From Thermoplasmata archaeon (GTDB lineage: Archaea; Thermoplasmatota; Thermoplasmata; GCA-020350865): DNA of 18,815 nucleotides. Made by a program: the position numbers and the translations under genes. The notes below the pieces were generated by a model. The model did not search any database. It was not told the DNA's origin and saw only the letters and a program-made list of their open reading frames with translations. Position 1 is the first letter of the stretch. Each line of letters starts with the position of its first letter. Location of the stretch: assembly GCA_020348445.1 (NCBI GenBank), contig CP070751.1, positions 2,361,506 through 2,380,320 on the forward strand, written 5' to 3'. Shown piece after piece: positions 1 through 8,175 of this stretch.

Positions 1-233
1 GAGCGCAGCATAACTTAACAAACCGCCCAAGTCAACCCCCCCCAGTCCCGTCTCTCTCCCATTTTGAAAGGTACAGGCTGAAAGCCTTACGTGGCGCGGG
101 TTTCACGCTCGAGCTTTACCTTGTTTTGTCCCATTTATTTTAAAAAAATAATTTGCGAAAAAACTTGACAGGGTTTTGTACCTTTGGCCGCTTTTTGCGT
201 GTCAAATGTATTTATACTTATATTGTGCGGTCA

Positions 234-443
234 TTACTCTTGACTAGCGGCTTTCTTTTTGCTAGCGCGTTTCTTCTTCGCCGCTGTCGCTTTAGCTTCG
301 GCGCAAGGCTCGCAGACCTGGGTCGTAAAGGGAGCCATATTCGGTCGCTCTTTCTTTAGTTGCTCGATCTTAACCTCGGCTGCGTCCTCGGACTTAGCGT
401 ATGCTCGCCGGTTTCCGTTTTTATCTAATATCTCTAACGTCAT
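234..443 (-). CDS. Small basic hypothetical protein (CxxC plus K/A-rich histone-like tail)
   Basis: 69-aa ATG ORF, last gene of the minus-strand operon, ending in a double stop TAATGA; contains CEPC and a C-terminal AKATAAKKKRASKKKAA. Confidence 0.65.
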   Translation of the reverse strand: MTLEILDKNGNRRAYAKSEDAAEVKIEQLKKERPNMAPFTTQVCEPCAEAKATAAKKKRASKKKAASQE

Positions 444-498
444 AGTATTTTTTTAAAAAACCTCTTTAGCTTTTGGATTAGCCGACTTACCGCTCGTC

Positions 499-858
499 TC
501 ACTCGGTCGATAAATCGGTCGGCTCTTTTGGGACTCGGACCAGGATCGCAGTAATAGTTATCGCGTTACTCTGGTCGCTCTCGAGCTCGGGCTTAGTCTC
601 GAGGTCCGTTCCCTCGGGGAAAGCGGTAAGCGTTAGCGCGTACTCTCCTGGGACGCTGAGCGCTGCTACGTCGGCAAGCGGATACTGGTATCGACCGTCC
701 GGATTAAGCGAGCCAGGAAACGTCGAGACCGGCGCAGCGTCGACGTAAAGCCGATAAGTTAGCGCGTAATCTATATCGCTCCCGTCTACGTTTTGCGTCG
801 GAGCTAGCCAGGTTAACAGCGTTATAAGCTCGCCGAGAGCGTTTCTGAATTCAAGCAT
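499..858 (-). CDS. Fibronectin type III/Ig-like domain protein (possible virion accessory)
   Basis: Pattern LTW.AP..N.DGS...Y.LY...Y.LTLTA...ES..SN...P..P..L is typical of phage FN3-like domains; start overlaps the endolysin stop by 8 nt. Confidence 0.65.
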   Translation of the reverse strand: MLEFRNALGELITLLTWLAPTQNVDGSDIDYALTYRLYVDAAPVSTFPGSLNPDGRYQYPLADVAALSVPGEYALTLTAFPEGTDLETKPELESDQSNAITITAILVRVPKEPTDLSTE

Positions 859-1252
859 AAGACCATAACCTCGGTCGTGGATGATCGGGCGCAGTTAGGT
901 CGTCGAGGTGAATAAAGCGCTTATCGTGCGGTCCTTTTTGGTTAATGCCGATCCCGGTAAACCATCCTCCGAGGCTCGACTGCGTAACCAGGCGAAAAGC
1001 ATCCTCTCCCGAAATGAGTACATCGGCCGCTCGGCCGGTCGTATGCGGTCCGTTAAAGCCGGTCGTCGAGACCTGGTCGTTATGCCAGGGACACCGATAG
1101 CCGCTCGAGATATGCAGCGGAAAGCCTAACCTGGTCCGCAGGTCGTCGAGCGTTAGGATAAAGCTAAGCGACATACGCTCCTCGCCGCAGCATCGACACC
1201 GAAACTCGTCCGGCCGAAAGTACGTAATCTGCTCCCAGGTCGGCTCGCTCAT
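851..1252 (-). CDS. Peptidase M15 (Peptidase_M15_3-like) Zn-dependent endolysin
   Basis: Motifs YF..EF.C.CCG, LR..LG.P..ISSGYRC..HN..V, H..GRAAD and terminal FIHLD; ATGA-coupled to the upstream gene. Confidence 0.92.
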   Translation of the reverse strand: MSEPTWEQITYFRPDEFRCRCCGEERMSLSFILTLDDLRTRLGFPLHISSGYRCPWHNDQVSTTGFNGPHTTGRAADVLISGEDAFRLVTQSSLGGWFTGIGINQKGPHDKRFIHLDDLTAPDHPRPRLWSYA

Positions 1253-1455
1253 CCTGGCCGGACCTCGAGGCTCGTCCCTGAGAGCTTACCGTCGACGATC
1301 CAGCCGACCTCGGTAAGCGCCAGGTAGTCGCCATGATTAACGCGGACGAGCTCGGGAGCCTTTCCTTTCCATGCGGTTATTTCGCGCTGCATTTTCTCGA
1401 TCTTGTCTCGAGCTCGCAGCGCTCGCCGTTTTGTCCTGGCGCTCGAGTCCCGCAT
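1249..1455 (-). CDS. Hypothetical protein
   Basis: 68-aa ORF fills the gap exactly, with TAATG and ATGA overlaps on either side. Confidence 0.7.
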   Translation of the reverse strand: MRDSSARTKRRALRARDKIEKMQREITAWKGKAPELVRVNHGDYLALTEVGWIVDGKLSGTSLEVRPG

Positions 1456-1937
1456 TAAACCGTCTGACCTTGCACGAGCGCCCAGTGATTCGTAACGTTT
1501 GTTAGGTCGTCGTTAATAATCATCCGGAGCGACTGACCAGGCTCGAGCCGGATCGGAGAGCCTCCTCGAGTAAAGGTCCAGCGGACACAAAAATAATCAT
1601 CGCCGCCTCCCCAGGAGATAAGCTGCGCGTCGTAGCATAAGCGAGCCCAGTCGCCGTTAGTCTTAACTGGGAGTCCGTCCGTTAGGTCCTGTAGTACCGT
1701 CGATCCGTCGCGTCGGATAACCTTAACCTCGATCCCGGTCGTTAGCGCGGCGTTAAGATTCGCATACTCGGAGACGTTTCCTCCGGTCCCGTCCTGATAT
1801 GTAACGATCATCCGGTAAATATCGAGACTCTGCGTAGTATCGACGATGTAATACTCGTCCGCAGTCGTCGACATATCCTTTGTCCCGCTCGTCGTTCCGT
1901 CGGTCGAGAGGTATCGAGAGAAGTATCGGTTAGCCAT
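1455..1937 (-). CDS. Putative beta-rich virion/decoration protein
   Basis: 160-aa ORF in the coupled late operon; alternating beta-strand pattern (VKTNGDW, VRWTF, IRLEPG, INDDLT). Confidence 0.7.
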   Translation of the reverse strand: MANRYFSRYLSTDGTTSGTKDMSTTADEYYIVDTTQSLDIYRMIVTYQDGTGGNVSEYANLNAALTTGIEVKVIRRDGSTVLQDLTDGLPVKTNGDWARLCYDAQLISWGGGDDYFCVRWTFTRGGSPIRLEPGQSLRMIINDDLTNVTNHWALVQGQTV

Positions 1938-1938
1938 G

Positions 1939-2208
1939 TTAAGTCCCTGGTCGAAGTAACGTATCGAGGAGCGGCTTTCCGGTCGCAGTCTCGCCAGGAG
2001 CCGGACTCGCTTCGATACCTGGGAGCGTCGGCGTAGGAGCCGCTAGAGCTTTGTCTAACGCCGGTCCCAGGAGGTCGGCGCTACCAGTCGAGGGAAAGCT
2101 AAGCGCTCCGCCTGGGCTTCCCTGCGGTCCCTGCGGGAGAGAATCCGCGACCTCGAGTATCCGGTTAACGACGCTCTCGGCGATATGTACGGTCGGAAAC
2201 TTAATCAT
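1939..2208 (-). CDS. Hypothetical Pro/Gly-rich protein
   Basis: ATG with SD AGGAGAG upstream; ATGA overlap with the upstream gene. Confidence 0.7.
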   Translation of the reverse strand: MIKFPTVHIAESVVNRILEVADSLPQGPQGSPGGALSFPSTGSADLLGPALDKALAAPTPTLPGIEASPAPGETATGKPLLDTLLRPGT

Positions 2209-3602
2209 CGGTTAACTCTCCTATTCCTGCCGCGTCGTCCCTGGGTCGGCCGCGCCGGTCCTGCTTGACTACCAGGATTAACCGGCACCCATTCGATACG
2301 ATTGTCGCCGTGATCCACTCGGTAAAACTCGTTACCGTATTGGTCAGTCATTACTCGCTCGGGAGCGACCTCCTCGAGCGTTCCGTCCGCTCGTCGGATC
2401 GCGTTCCGTCCGTCCGGTGTCTGTAGCAGCGTCTCGCCGCGCAGTTGCCGCGCTACCGATCCCGCGAGCTCCTCTGCGCCTTGTACCGTATCCGCGATAA
2501 AACCGGCGCTCCTGGGCTCCTCCTGCGCCTCGAAGGGAGAGCCAGCCGGGACCGGGATTCCGGCGTTAACCGGATTAAACTGCCTAAACTGGTTAATCGC
2601 TTGCGCGTCCGTCGGGTCGATCCTTACTTGCAAGTGTTTCTGATATGCGGTCCCGTCGAGACCGGCCTCGATGCCGAGCTCCTGGTATTCCGCGTTACGC
2701 TGCATCTGGTCGCGGCGCATCGGGAGATAATTCTCGGCGATAACGCTCATAAGACCGTCCCTAACGTCGTCGTCGAAACCTGCGGTCCCGTCGATAAGCG
2801 AGTTAAGATATCCCGCCATCTGCTGAGTAAGGCTCCCGGTCGCTTGGATCATCTTAGAATCCCCGTCGGTAACGATAGCGCCAGGGTCGATCATCTGAGC
2901 GGTCAGATAAATAAGAGCCATATCCGATTGTGGATTCGGCCGCTCGTAAGCTAGCTGCGCCTTATTCCAGGTCTCCTGAGCTCCGAGGAAACGCTGCGAC
3001 TTAGCCGTTAGCTTCGCGTCGAGGGACTGGTAATTACTAAAGTGCGTCTGACGCTGCTCCCGAGCTCGAGCGTCCGCCTCGAGGCGCTGCGTCTCCCAGG
3101 TATCCATATCCGTTTTAAGCGTCCCTGCGGTCGTCTGTAAACCGAGGAGCGCGTTTCGCCGGACTGCGGGATCGGGATCGTGGACCGCTGCTCCCCATGC
3201 CTGGACCTGCTCGCGGCGCATATTCAGGTCGGCGAGCTCCTCGGGATTCGTCGCTTGCGCTGCCATGTTATCGAGCGCGTCGTTAGCCTCCTTTAGATGA
3301 TCCCGCTCCGAAGCTAGCGCAGCGTCCGCGTAAGCCTCCGCCTCCCTGCGCTGCTTCCCCGCAAAATGCTTTGCGACCGCGAAACCGATTAGTCCGCCGA
3401 GCGGTCCGAAAACCCATCCGGCTCCGGCTCCGGCGAGCGCGGCCGGGACAATATCGTTAGGGAGCCCCGCAGTCTCTCGCTCGATTCGCTGCTGCGCCTT
3501 ATAGCGACTCTCGTCGACGAGCTCGACCGGCTTAGCGCCAGGAGGAGGAGGGAGCGCCGCGCTAGCGAGCCCCGCATTAAAGACTGTGCTTACTCTCGCC
3601 AT
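2205..3602 (-). CDS. Internal virion/DNA ejection protein (465 aa)
   Basis: Start moved to the ATG at 3602, 1 nt after the upstream stop (the track's 3728 start overlaps the previous gene). Glycine-zipper hydrophobic segment GAGAGWVFGPLGGLIGFAVA, coiled coil, and the D.ALIY..A.MIDPGAIV.DGD motif seen in podophage ejection proteins; position after the tail genes. Confidence 0.7.
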   Translation of the reverse strand: MARVSTVFNAGLASAALPPPPGAKPVELVDESRYKAQQRIERETAGLPNDIVPAALAGAGAGWVFGPLGGLIGFAVAKHFAGKQRREAEAYADAALASERDHLKEANDALDNMAAQATNPEELADLNMRREQVQAWGAAVHDPDPAVRRNALLGLQTTAGTLKTDMDTWETQRLEADARAREQRQTHFSNYQSLDAKLTAKSQRFLGAQETWNKAQLAYERPNPQSDMALIYLTAQMIDPGAIVTDGDSKMIQATGSLTQQMAGYLNSLIDGTAGFDDDVRDGLMSVIAENYLPMRRDQMQRNAEYQELGIEAGLDGTAYQKHLQVRIDPTDAQAINQFRQFNPVNAGIPVPAGSPFEAQEEPRSAGFIADTVQGAEELAGSVARQLRGETLLQTPDGRNAIRRADGTLEEVAPERVMTDQYGNEFYRVDHGDNRIEWVPVNPGSQAGPARPTQGRRGRNRRVNR

Positions 3603-3603
3603 G

Positions 3604-4455
3604 TTATTTACCGAAACCGAAGTTAAAGGATTTTCCGGAGGAGCTCGAGGAGCTCTGCGACGAGCTCCGCGATCCTGCGCGGCCGGTCGTCGTATCGAAT
3701 CCGAAATCGAAAGACTCCGAGCCGCCAAAAGAGGTCGCGCTCGACTCGGTAAGCGCTGTTACTGGTCCGACAATCTGCGAGAGGACACTAAACGGCTCGA
3801 GGCTCGCCAGGTTTCCGGTCCGGAGGAGCTCGAGGACCGGAGAGAGTCCCGCGATCCCTTGCGTCGCTCGAGCGGTCTCGTCGGCCGAGAGCGCCTGGGC
3901 AATCTGGTCCGTCGCCGCTCGTTCCCTGGCGCGGATATCGACCGAGCCTCTCGCAAACTCCTCGACCGCGCCTCTCGAGGCTATGCCGCGCTGTACCTCG
4001 CCGCGACCTCCGCCGAGCGTTCCCGCCTGGACGCCGCGCTCGGTTATTGCCGGATTAACCGTCTCCGAAAGAAACCGTCCGATATCCTGCTCGAGTAATC
4101 CGACCTGCGCATTAACCAGGTCGTCGGACATAGCGAGCCGGTCCTCGAGGAAACCCGCTCCGGCGCCGCCGGTCGATAAGGTATCGAGGAAACGATTACC
4201 GCTCCCAAAAAGTAAGTTAGCCGCGTCGGTCGTCGAGCCGGTATTGATACCGGCCGCTGCGCCGGTCGCGCCGCCGAACATCTGCGCAAAAATATCCTGA
4301 AACGCGACCGACTGCGTCGACGCCGACTGCGAGCCTTGCGCCGAGGTCGAGCTCCCGATATTAACGCCGAACTGGTCGAGGTTATCGAAAGAGCTCGACG
4401 ACGAGCTCGACGAGCTACTGCTTTTCTGCTTACTTCCACCGAAACCGAAGGGCAT
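3604..4455 (-). CDS. Putative DNA ejection/pilot protein (P22 gp7/gp20-like position)
   Basis: Strong SD AGGAGG; G/S/A/Q-rich, with GTLGGGRGEV..G motif and poly-Ser termini; located in the ejection-protein slot of a podovirus layout. Confidence 0.7.
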   Translation of the reverse strand: MPFGFGGSKQKSSSSSSSSSSSFDNLDQFGVNIGSSTSAQGSQSASTQSVAFQDIFAQMFGGATGAAAGINTGSTTDAANLLFGSGNRFLDTLSTGGAGAGFLEDRLAMSDDLVNAQVGLLEQDIGRFLSETVNPAITERGVQAGTLGGGRGEVQRGIASRGAVEEFARGSVDIRARERAATDQIAQALSADETARATQGIAGLSPVLELLRTGNLASLEPFSVLSQIVGPVTALTESSATSFGGSESFDFGFDTTTGRAGSRSSSQSSSSSSGKSFNFGFGK

Positions 4456-4460
4456 TTTAT

Positions 4461-4655
4461 TTATCCTCCTGCGGGAACCGTAGCGACCTGAAACGTCGCC
4501 TCCCAGTTCCCGAGTCCGTCGTTAACCAGGTCGACACTGTCCGGAGTAAAGTCGATAAAGCCGAGCTCCCTCGCTTTCGTTCCGACTACCGTAGCGAGCT
4601 CCGCGTTAGTTAGCGAAACCTTAACGACGCGGTCGTCGCTTTGCGTTACTGCCAT
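4461..4655 (-). CDS. Hypothetical protein
   Basis: 64-aa ATG ORF with SD GGAGG, 5-nt gaps on both sides. Confidence 0.7.
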   Translation of the reverse strand: MAVTQSDDRVVKVSLTNAELATVVGTKARELGFIDFTPDSVDLVNDGLGNWEATFQVATVPAGG

Positions 4656-4660
4656 TACCG

Positions 4661-6112
4661 TTACCCTCCGAAATAATAAACGATAAACCGCCGAGTCCCT
4701 CCGGTCCGGTTTTTAATTGAAAGCGTATAATTGCCGCTCATGTAGCAGTTAACATCCCCGTCGACATTTGGGTTAGTACCGGCGTCGCCTAATTGGAAGT
4801 TAGCGCCGCCTCCCCATTGTGTTACCGACTGCGCGGTCTGCGCGAACATACCATCTCCGGAATCGTCCCAGGAATTTTTTACGATCCATATCCCATGCGC
4901 GGTGTTAGTCGGAGAGTTAAACGTCGCAGTCCCGTCGTCAGCTATCGTAATATCCTCGAAAATGTAAAAGATGCCAGGGTTGCCCGATCCCGCCTGTAAG
5001 TAAACGTCGCCAACGTCGTTCCACATATACAGCGTCTCGTTTCCCGAGGACCCATAGCCGATAAAACCCATGCGAGACGCAGCGGAGTCGTCCCATTGTA
5101 TCCACGAGTTAGCCGCATTACCCGTCGATCCCGCCTTAAGCGTTAGCGCTTCTCCGTTCCCTGGTTGGATATGGGTCTGCCCGTAGAAGTAACACTGTTT
5201 ACTCGTCTCTGTAAATCTCGCTATCGCTCCGGTGCCACCGTTCCAGATATCTATTTGTCCGTTACCTGGGACCTGCAAATAGCCTATCGTCGACGTATAT
5301 TGTCCGACCCGCATCCCGGTCGGATTAGTCTGGTAAGACGAGCCGCGGACTTCGAGCGCATGGGTCGAGTCCAGGTCGAGCAATACATCGTCCGGCGTAT
5401 TGATGATGTACTTGCCGGGACTTATGCCGGTCGTTCCGGTCTGGAAGTCCGTCCCGTCGTGATACATATACATCGCGTCGCCGCCGGTGCTATCGTACAC
5501 GCGAAGCTGCGTCGTCGTTCCTGGGTCGTAGACCTGCACATAATGACCGGAGCCAGCGCTTAAACGGATATGCTGCGTCGAGTCAATCGTAAAAGCGTCG
5601 GCTGCCATTGTTTGCGACGCCAGGTCGGTCCCGTCGTATTGCAAAACTAGCTGCCGATTTTCCAGGTCGATATTAAAAACGTTAACGGAGCTCGGCGTCC
5701 GGTCTTGGAATCGAAATACATTCGCCGAGGAGTCCCATCTCCACAATGCGGTAAGCGTACTATCTAAAATCCACTGAAAGTCGACATCGTTATCGGTGTC
5801 GACATCAAAAACCAGCGGAGTATTCTCGTCTAAAAATGTAATCGTTCCCGCTTTGTCGGGATCGAGTCCGCCCGAGAGATAGGTCCAGGCTCCTCCGATC
5901 CGTCCGTAATATCCCTCTCCGTTCCCTGGGTCGTAGTCGCTTCCGTTCGCGTAGATTAGCTGCCCGTCCTCGATCTTATCGGGAGCGGCCGCGAGCTCCG
6001 TTAGCGTTACCGAGCTCGCCAGGTCGGACGAGCTCCCGATCCGCACGAGCTCCTCTCGGAGATACCCGCGCATATCCCCGCTCGCCGGAATAGGTTTCGG
6101 AGCGTATTTAAT
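4661..6112 (-). CDS. Tail fibre/receptor-binding protein with conserved N-terminal ~80-aa tail domain
   Basis: N-terminus Y.P.P.P....YL..EL..I...P....GQLIYA.G..YDPG.GEGYY...GAW.YL resembles the small protein that follows nozzle genes in podophages; followed by ~400 aa of beta-rich G/T/D repeats. Start uncertain: TTG 6151, ATT 6112 or ATG 6073. Confidence 0.75.
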   Translation of the reverse strand: MKYAPKPIPASGDMRGYLREELVRIGSSSDLASSVTLTELAAAPDKIEDGQLIYANGSDYDPGNGEGYYGRIGGAWTYLSGGLDPDKAGTITFLDENTPLVFDVDTDNDVDFQWILDSTLTALWRWDSSANVFRFQDRTPSSVNVFNIDLENRQLVLQYDGTDLASQTMAADAFTIDSTQHIRLSAGSGHYVQVYDPGTTTQLRVYDSTGGDAMYMYHDGTDFQTGTTGISPGKYIINTPDDVLLDLDSTHALEVRGSSYQTNPTGMRVGQYTSTIGYLQVPGNGQIDIWNGGTGAIARFTETSKQCYFYGQTHIQPGNGEALTLKAGSTGNAANSWIQWDDSAASRMGFIGYGSSGNETLYMWNDVGDVYLQAGSGNPGIFYIFEDITIADDGTATFNSPTNTAHGIWIVKNSWDDSGDGMFAQTAQSVTQWGGGANFQLGDAGTNPNVDGDVNCYMSGNYTLSIKNRTGGTRRFIVYYFGG

Positions 6113-6488
6113 CTTTACCTCCCTGCCAGGTCCGCACGATATGAGCGGCAAAATAAAAGCCCATAATCATAAGAAAGGGAGCGTTAACAATCTGGTCGAG
6201 CGTCGAGAATACGAAAGCGCTATAACCTGGGTCGAGCTTCCATAGCGCGATCCCCAGGAGGACCAGGAGCGCCCATAGCAGGACGACGACGAGCGCGATA
6301 AGTCGCCGCGCCAGGTTTTGCGGCTGCGTCGCCGCCAGGTACTTAAGCCACCACTCCGCGAGCGCGGCGCTCGCTTCGGCTTTCTCCTCTTTCGTAAATA
6401 TCATCTTATCTATCCCGAGGACCGCTCCCTTAACGAGCTCCTGGGTCGTCTGCGCCGAGCCGAATATCGCGCCGAGTAACTTTCTCAT
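6108..6488 (-). CDS. Putative holin (GTA_holin_3TM-like)
   Basis: Amphipathic N-terminus, ID...T.EEK motif, two hydrophobic segments (LIALVVVLLWALLVLLGIALW; PFLMIMGFYFAA) and a charged C-terminus. Confidence 0.65.
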   Translation of the reverse strand: MRKLLGAIFGSAQTTQELVKGAVLGIDKMIFTKEEKAEASAALAEWWLKYLAATQPQNLARRLIALVVVLLWALLVLLGIALWKLDPGYSAFVFSTLDQIVNAPFLMIMGFYFAAHIVRTWQGGKD

Positions 6489-6640
6489 TCTGGCTTATAC
6501 TCCCCGCACCAAAAATCGGCCGGAGCCGGGATTATCGGCCAATAATTCGGACTATGGACCGGCTCGAGCGGAGGATACCTCCTGCACTCTCCGGTTTCCT
6601 CGTTATGCCATTTACAGGTCTGACAAGTCTTTTCCGCCAT
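6485..6640 (-). CDS. 51-aa Cys-rich metal-binding protein (not in the ORF track)
   Basis: Translated by hand: MAEKTCQTCKWHNEETGECRRYPPLEPVHSPNYWPIIPAPADFWCGEYKPE. Fills the gap exactly, with a TAATG overlap upstream and an ATGA overlap downstream. Confidence 0.85.
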   Translation of the reverse strand: MAEKTCQTCKWHNEETGECRRYPPLEPVHSPNYWPIIPAPADFWCGEYKPE

Positions 6641-8175
6641 TAGTGATAGCCTCTTATCTCCGCCTCAATATCGACGCCGGTAATCTTAAACGGTAGCGTC
6701 GTCGTCGCTGCTATCTCGACGGAGATATATTTTCCGATTGCCTCGACGTTAATAAACCCATCGTCCGAGTTAACGGTCCTCGAGACCGTGTACGCGACCG
6801 ACTCTCCGGTCGAGTTTCGCGTCCCGATCCTAACGTTAAAGTCTATCGAGCTCGCCGCTTCGACTCGTATATATACTCGTCGGACAAACTTAAAGCGCTC
6901 CGGCTCGTTAAAGTCGATATCGTTTTTCGCCCAGGTCGACGTTAAGCTCTCGGCCGTATCGTTAGCCGAGAGAAAGTCCGGCGTCGACTGGTCGGCTAGC
7001 ACGAGCTCCTGCTCGGCGAGCGAGTACGTCTGCGTATTCCATACGCGAGCGGTCGAGTCCCAGGTCGTCGACGCGGAGTCCCAGGTATCGTCGGGCGTCG
7101 AATCCGAAACAATACCGGGCGCAGCGTAAGCGATATTAGCGAGCTCCCGGTCTCCCCATGCGTCGTTAGCTACGTCGTAAATCATAGCGCGGCTCGCGTA
7201 AGTCTGACCTGCCTCGGGGAAGCATATCCAGACCTCGTTCCTCCTGCGCCAATACGTGACAAAAAGATTGTCGAAGTTATCTTGATCTAACTGGTTAAAG
7301 AGAAAGCGCTTCCGGCGATTCTGCGCTATCGAGCGCGGAGTCTGCCCGTCGTGCAAAACGATATCCCCGTCCGTTACGATAAAATGCGAGCCGTTAACGT
7401 CAGTAACAGCGTGACGAGTAAGCGCTCCCAGTTGCGAGAATAGCGTCCGAAACGAAAAGACCTCCTCGCCGCCGATATAATCGACCAGGGTCGTCGAGCC
7501 CTGTTTATAGATTGCGAGGGAGCTCCGTAAATTGAGACCGCTAATAATCGGACCGGGAGTATCGGCGAGAATCGCGCTCCCCGCCTCGTTAGTCGCGGCC
7601 GGAGTCCACGAGCTCGGGACCGTACCAGGAGCCGCAGCGTCGCTAAATTTGACCTGCTCCGGAAACGTTCCGCTAGGTCCGTCTATATTCATAGCGAACA
7701 AGTGAAAGCGGTGCGCGACCATAACCTCGCAGGACTCCGTACTCGTCCAGCCTGGGAGGTCGACAAAATTGTTAGTTATTACTCCGTCCCAGTACATCGG
7801 CTCGTCGAGCGAATTATTAAAAATCGGTACTTGGTTTAAAAGCTCGAGCGAGAGCTTACCGATAGTCGTCTGCGAGTTTTGTCCTCCCGCATGGGTTACG
7901 TCGGTATGCGTCGAGCCGGTTACTACATAGCTCGCAGTCGCGCCGCAATATACCCAGTAATTAGTATCGCCAATTTGCACGTTTCGGATGATATACGGAG
8001 CGACGCTCGGCGGATCGTAAACCTGGCCGAATCCCTCCGGCCGCTCCGCGACTCCCTGGCGAAAGACCAGGTTATCCGCCTGGTCGAGCGTATCGACTGG
8101 GTTAGCCCAGGCGGGGAGGTCGGCCGCTGCGCCGCGCCTGGGTCGGAGTCGGAGTAATTTTTTCGGATAGCTCAC
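6640..8175 (-). CDS. Tail nozzle/DNA stabilization protein (P22 gp10 / T7 gp12-like)
   Basis: 511 aa, beta-propeller-like; VKFSD...PG.VP.SW.P...NEAG...LA.TPG and AIYK motifs; EVWICFP and W.....TWD..W repeats; GTG start in a GTGA overlap. Confidence 0.8.
   Translation of the reverse strand: MSYPKKLLRLRPRRGAAADLPAWANPVDTLDQADNLVFRQGVAERPEGFGQVYDPPSVAPYIIRNVQIGDTNYWVYCGATASYVVTGSTHTDVTHAGGQNSQTTIGKLSLELLNQVPIFNNSLDEPMYWDGVITNNFVDLPGWTSTESCEVMVAHRFHLFAMNIDGPSGTFPEQVKFSDAAAPGTVPSSWTPAATNEAGSAILADTPGPIISGLNLRSSLAIYKQGSTTLVDYIGGEEVFSFRTLFSQLGALTRHAVTDVNGSHFIVTDGDIVLHDGQTPRSIAQNRRKRFLFNQLDQDNFDNLFVTYWRRRNEVWICFPEAGQTYASRAMIYDVANDAWGDRELANIAYAAPGIVSDSTPDDTWDSASTTWDSTARVWNTQTYSLAEQELVLADQSTPDFLSANDTAESLTSTWAKNDIDFNEPERFKFVRRVYIRVEAASSIDFNVRIGTRNSTGESVAYTVSRTVNSDDGFINVEAIGKYISVEIAATTTLPFKITGVDIEAEIRGYH

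Noticed and set aside
60-125. Three-way junction resembling a hammerhead ribozyme
   Set aside because: The CUGANGA core is not present on either strand (CTGAAAG only).
153-456. + strand ORFs 153-359 and 259-456
   Set aside because: TTG starts without SD, antisense to 234-443; the F/L-rich content mirrors the Lys-rich minus-strand gene.
3603-3728. 42-aa N-terminal extension of the large ejection protein
   Set aside because: Overlaps the upstream gene out of frame; the ATG at 3602 directly follows the upstream stop.
2445-4300. + strand ORFs of 105-170 aa (2445-2954, 3586-4098, 3983-4300)
   Set aside because: Antisense shadows of the ejection-protein genes with R/S/P-rich off-frame composition.
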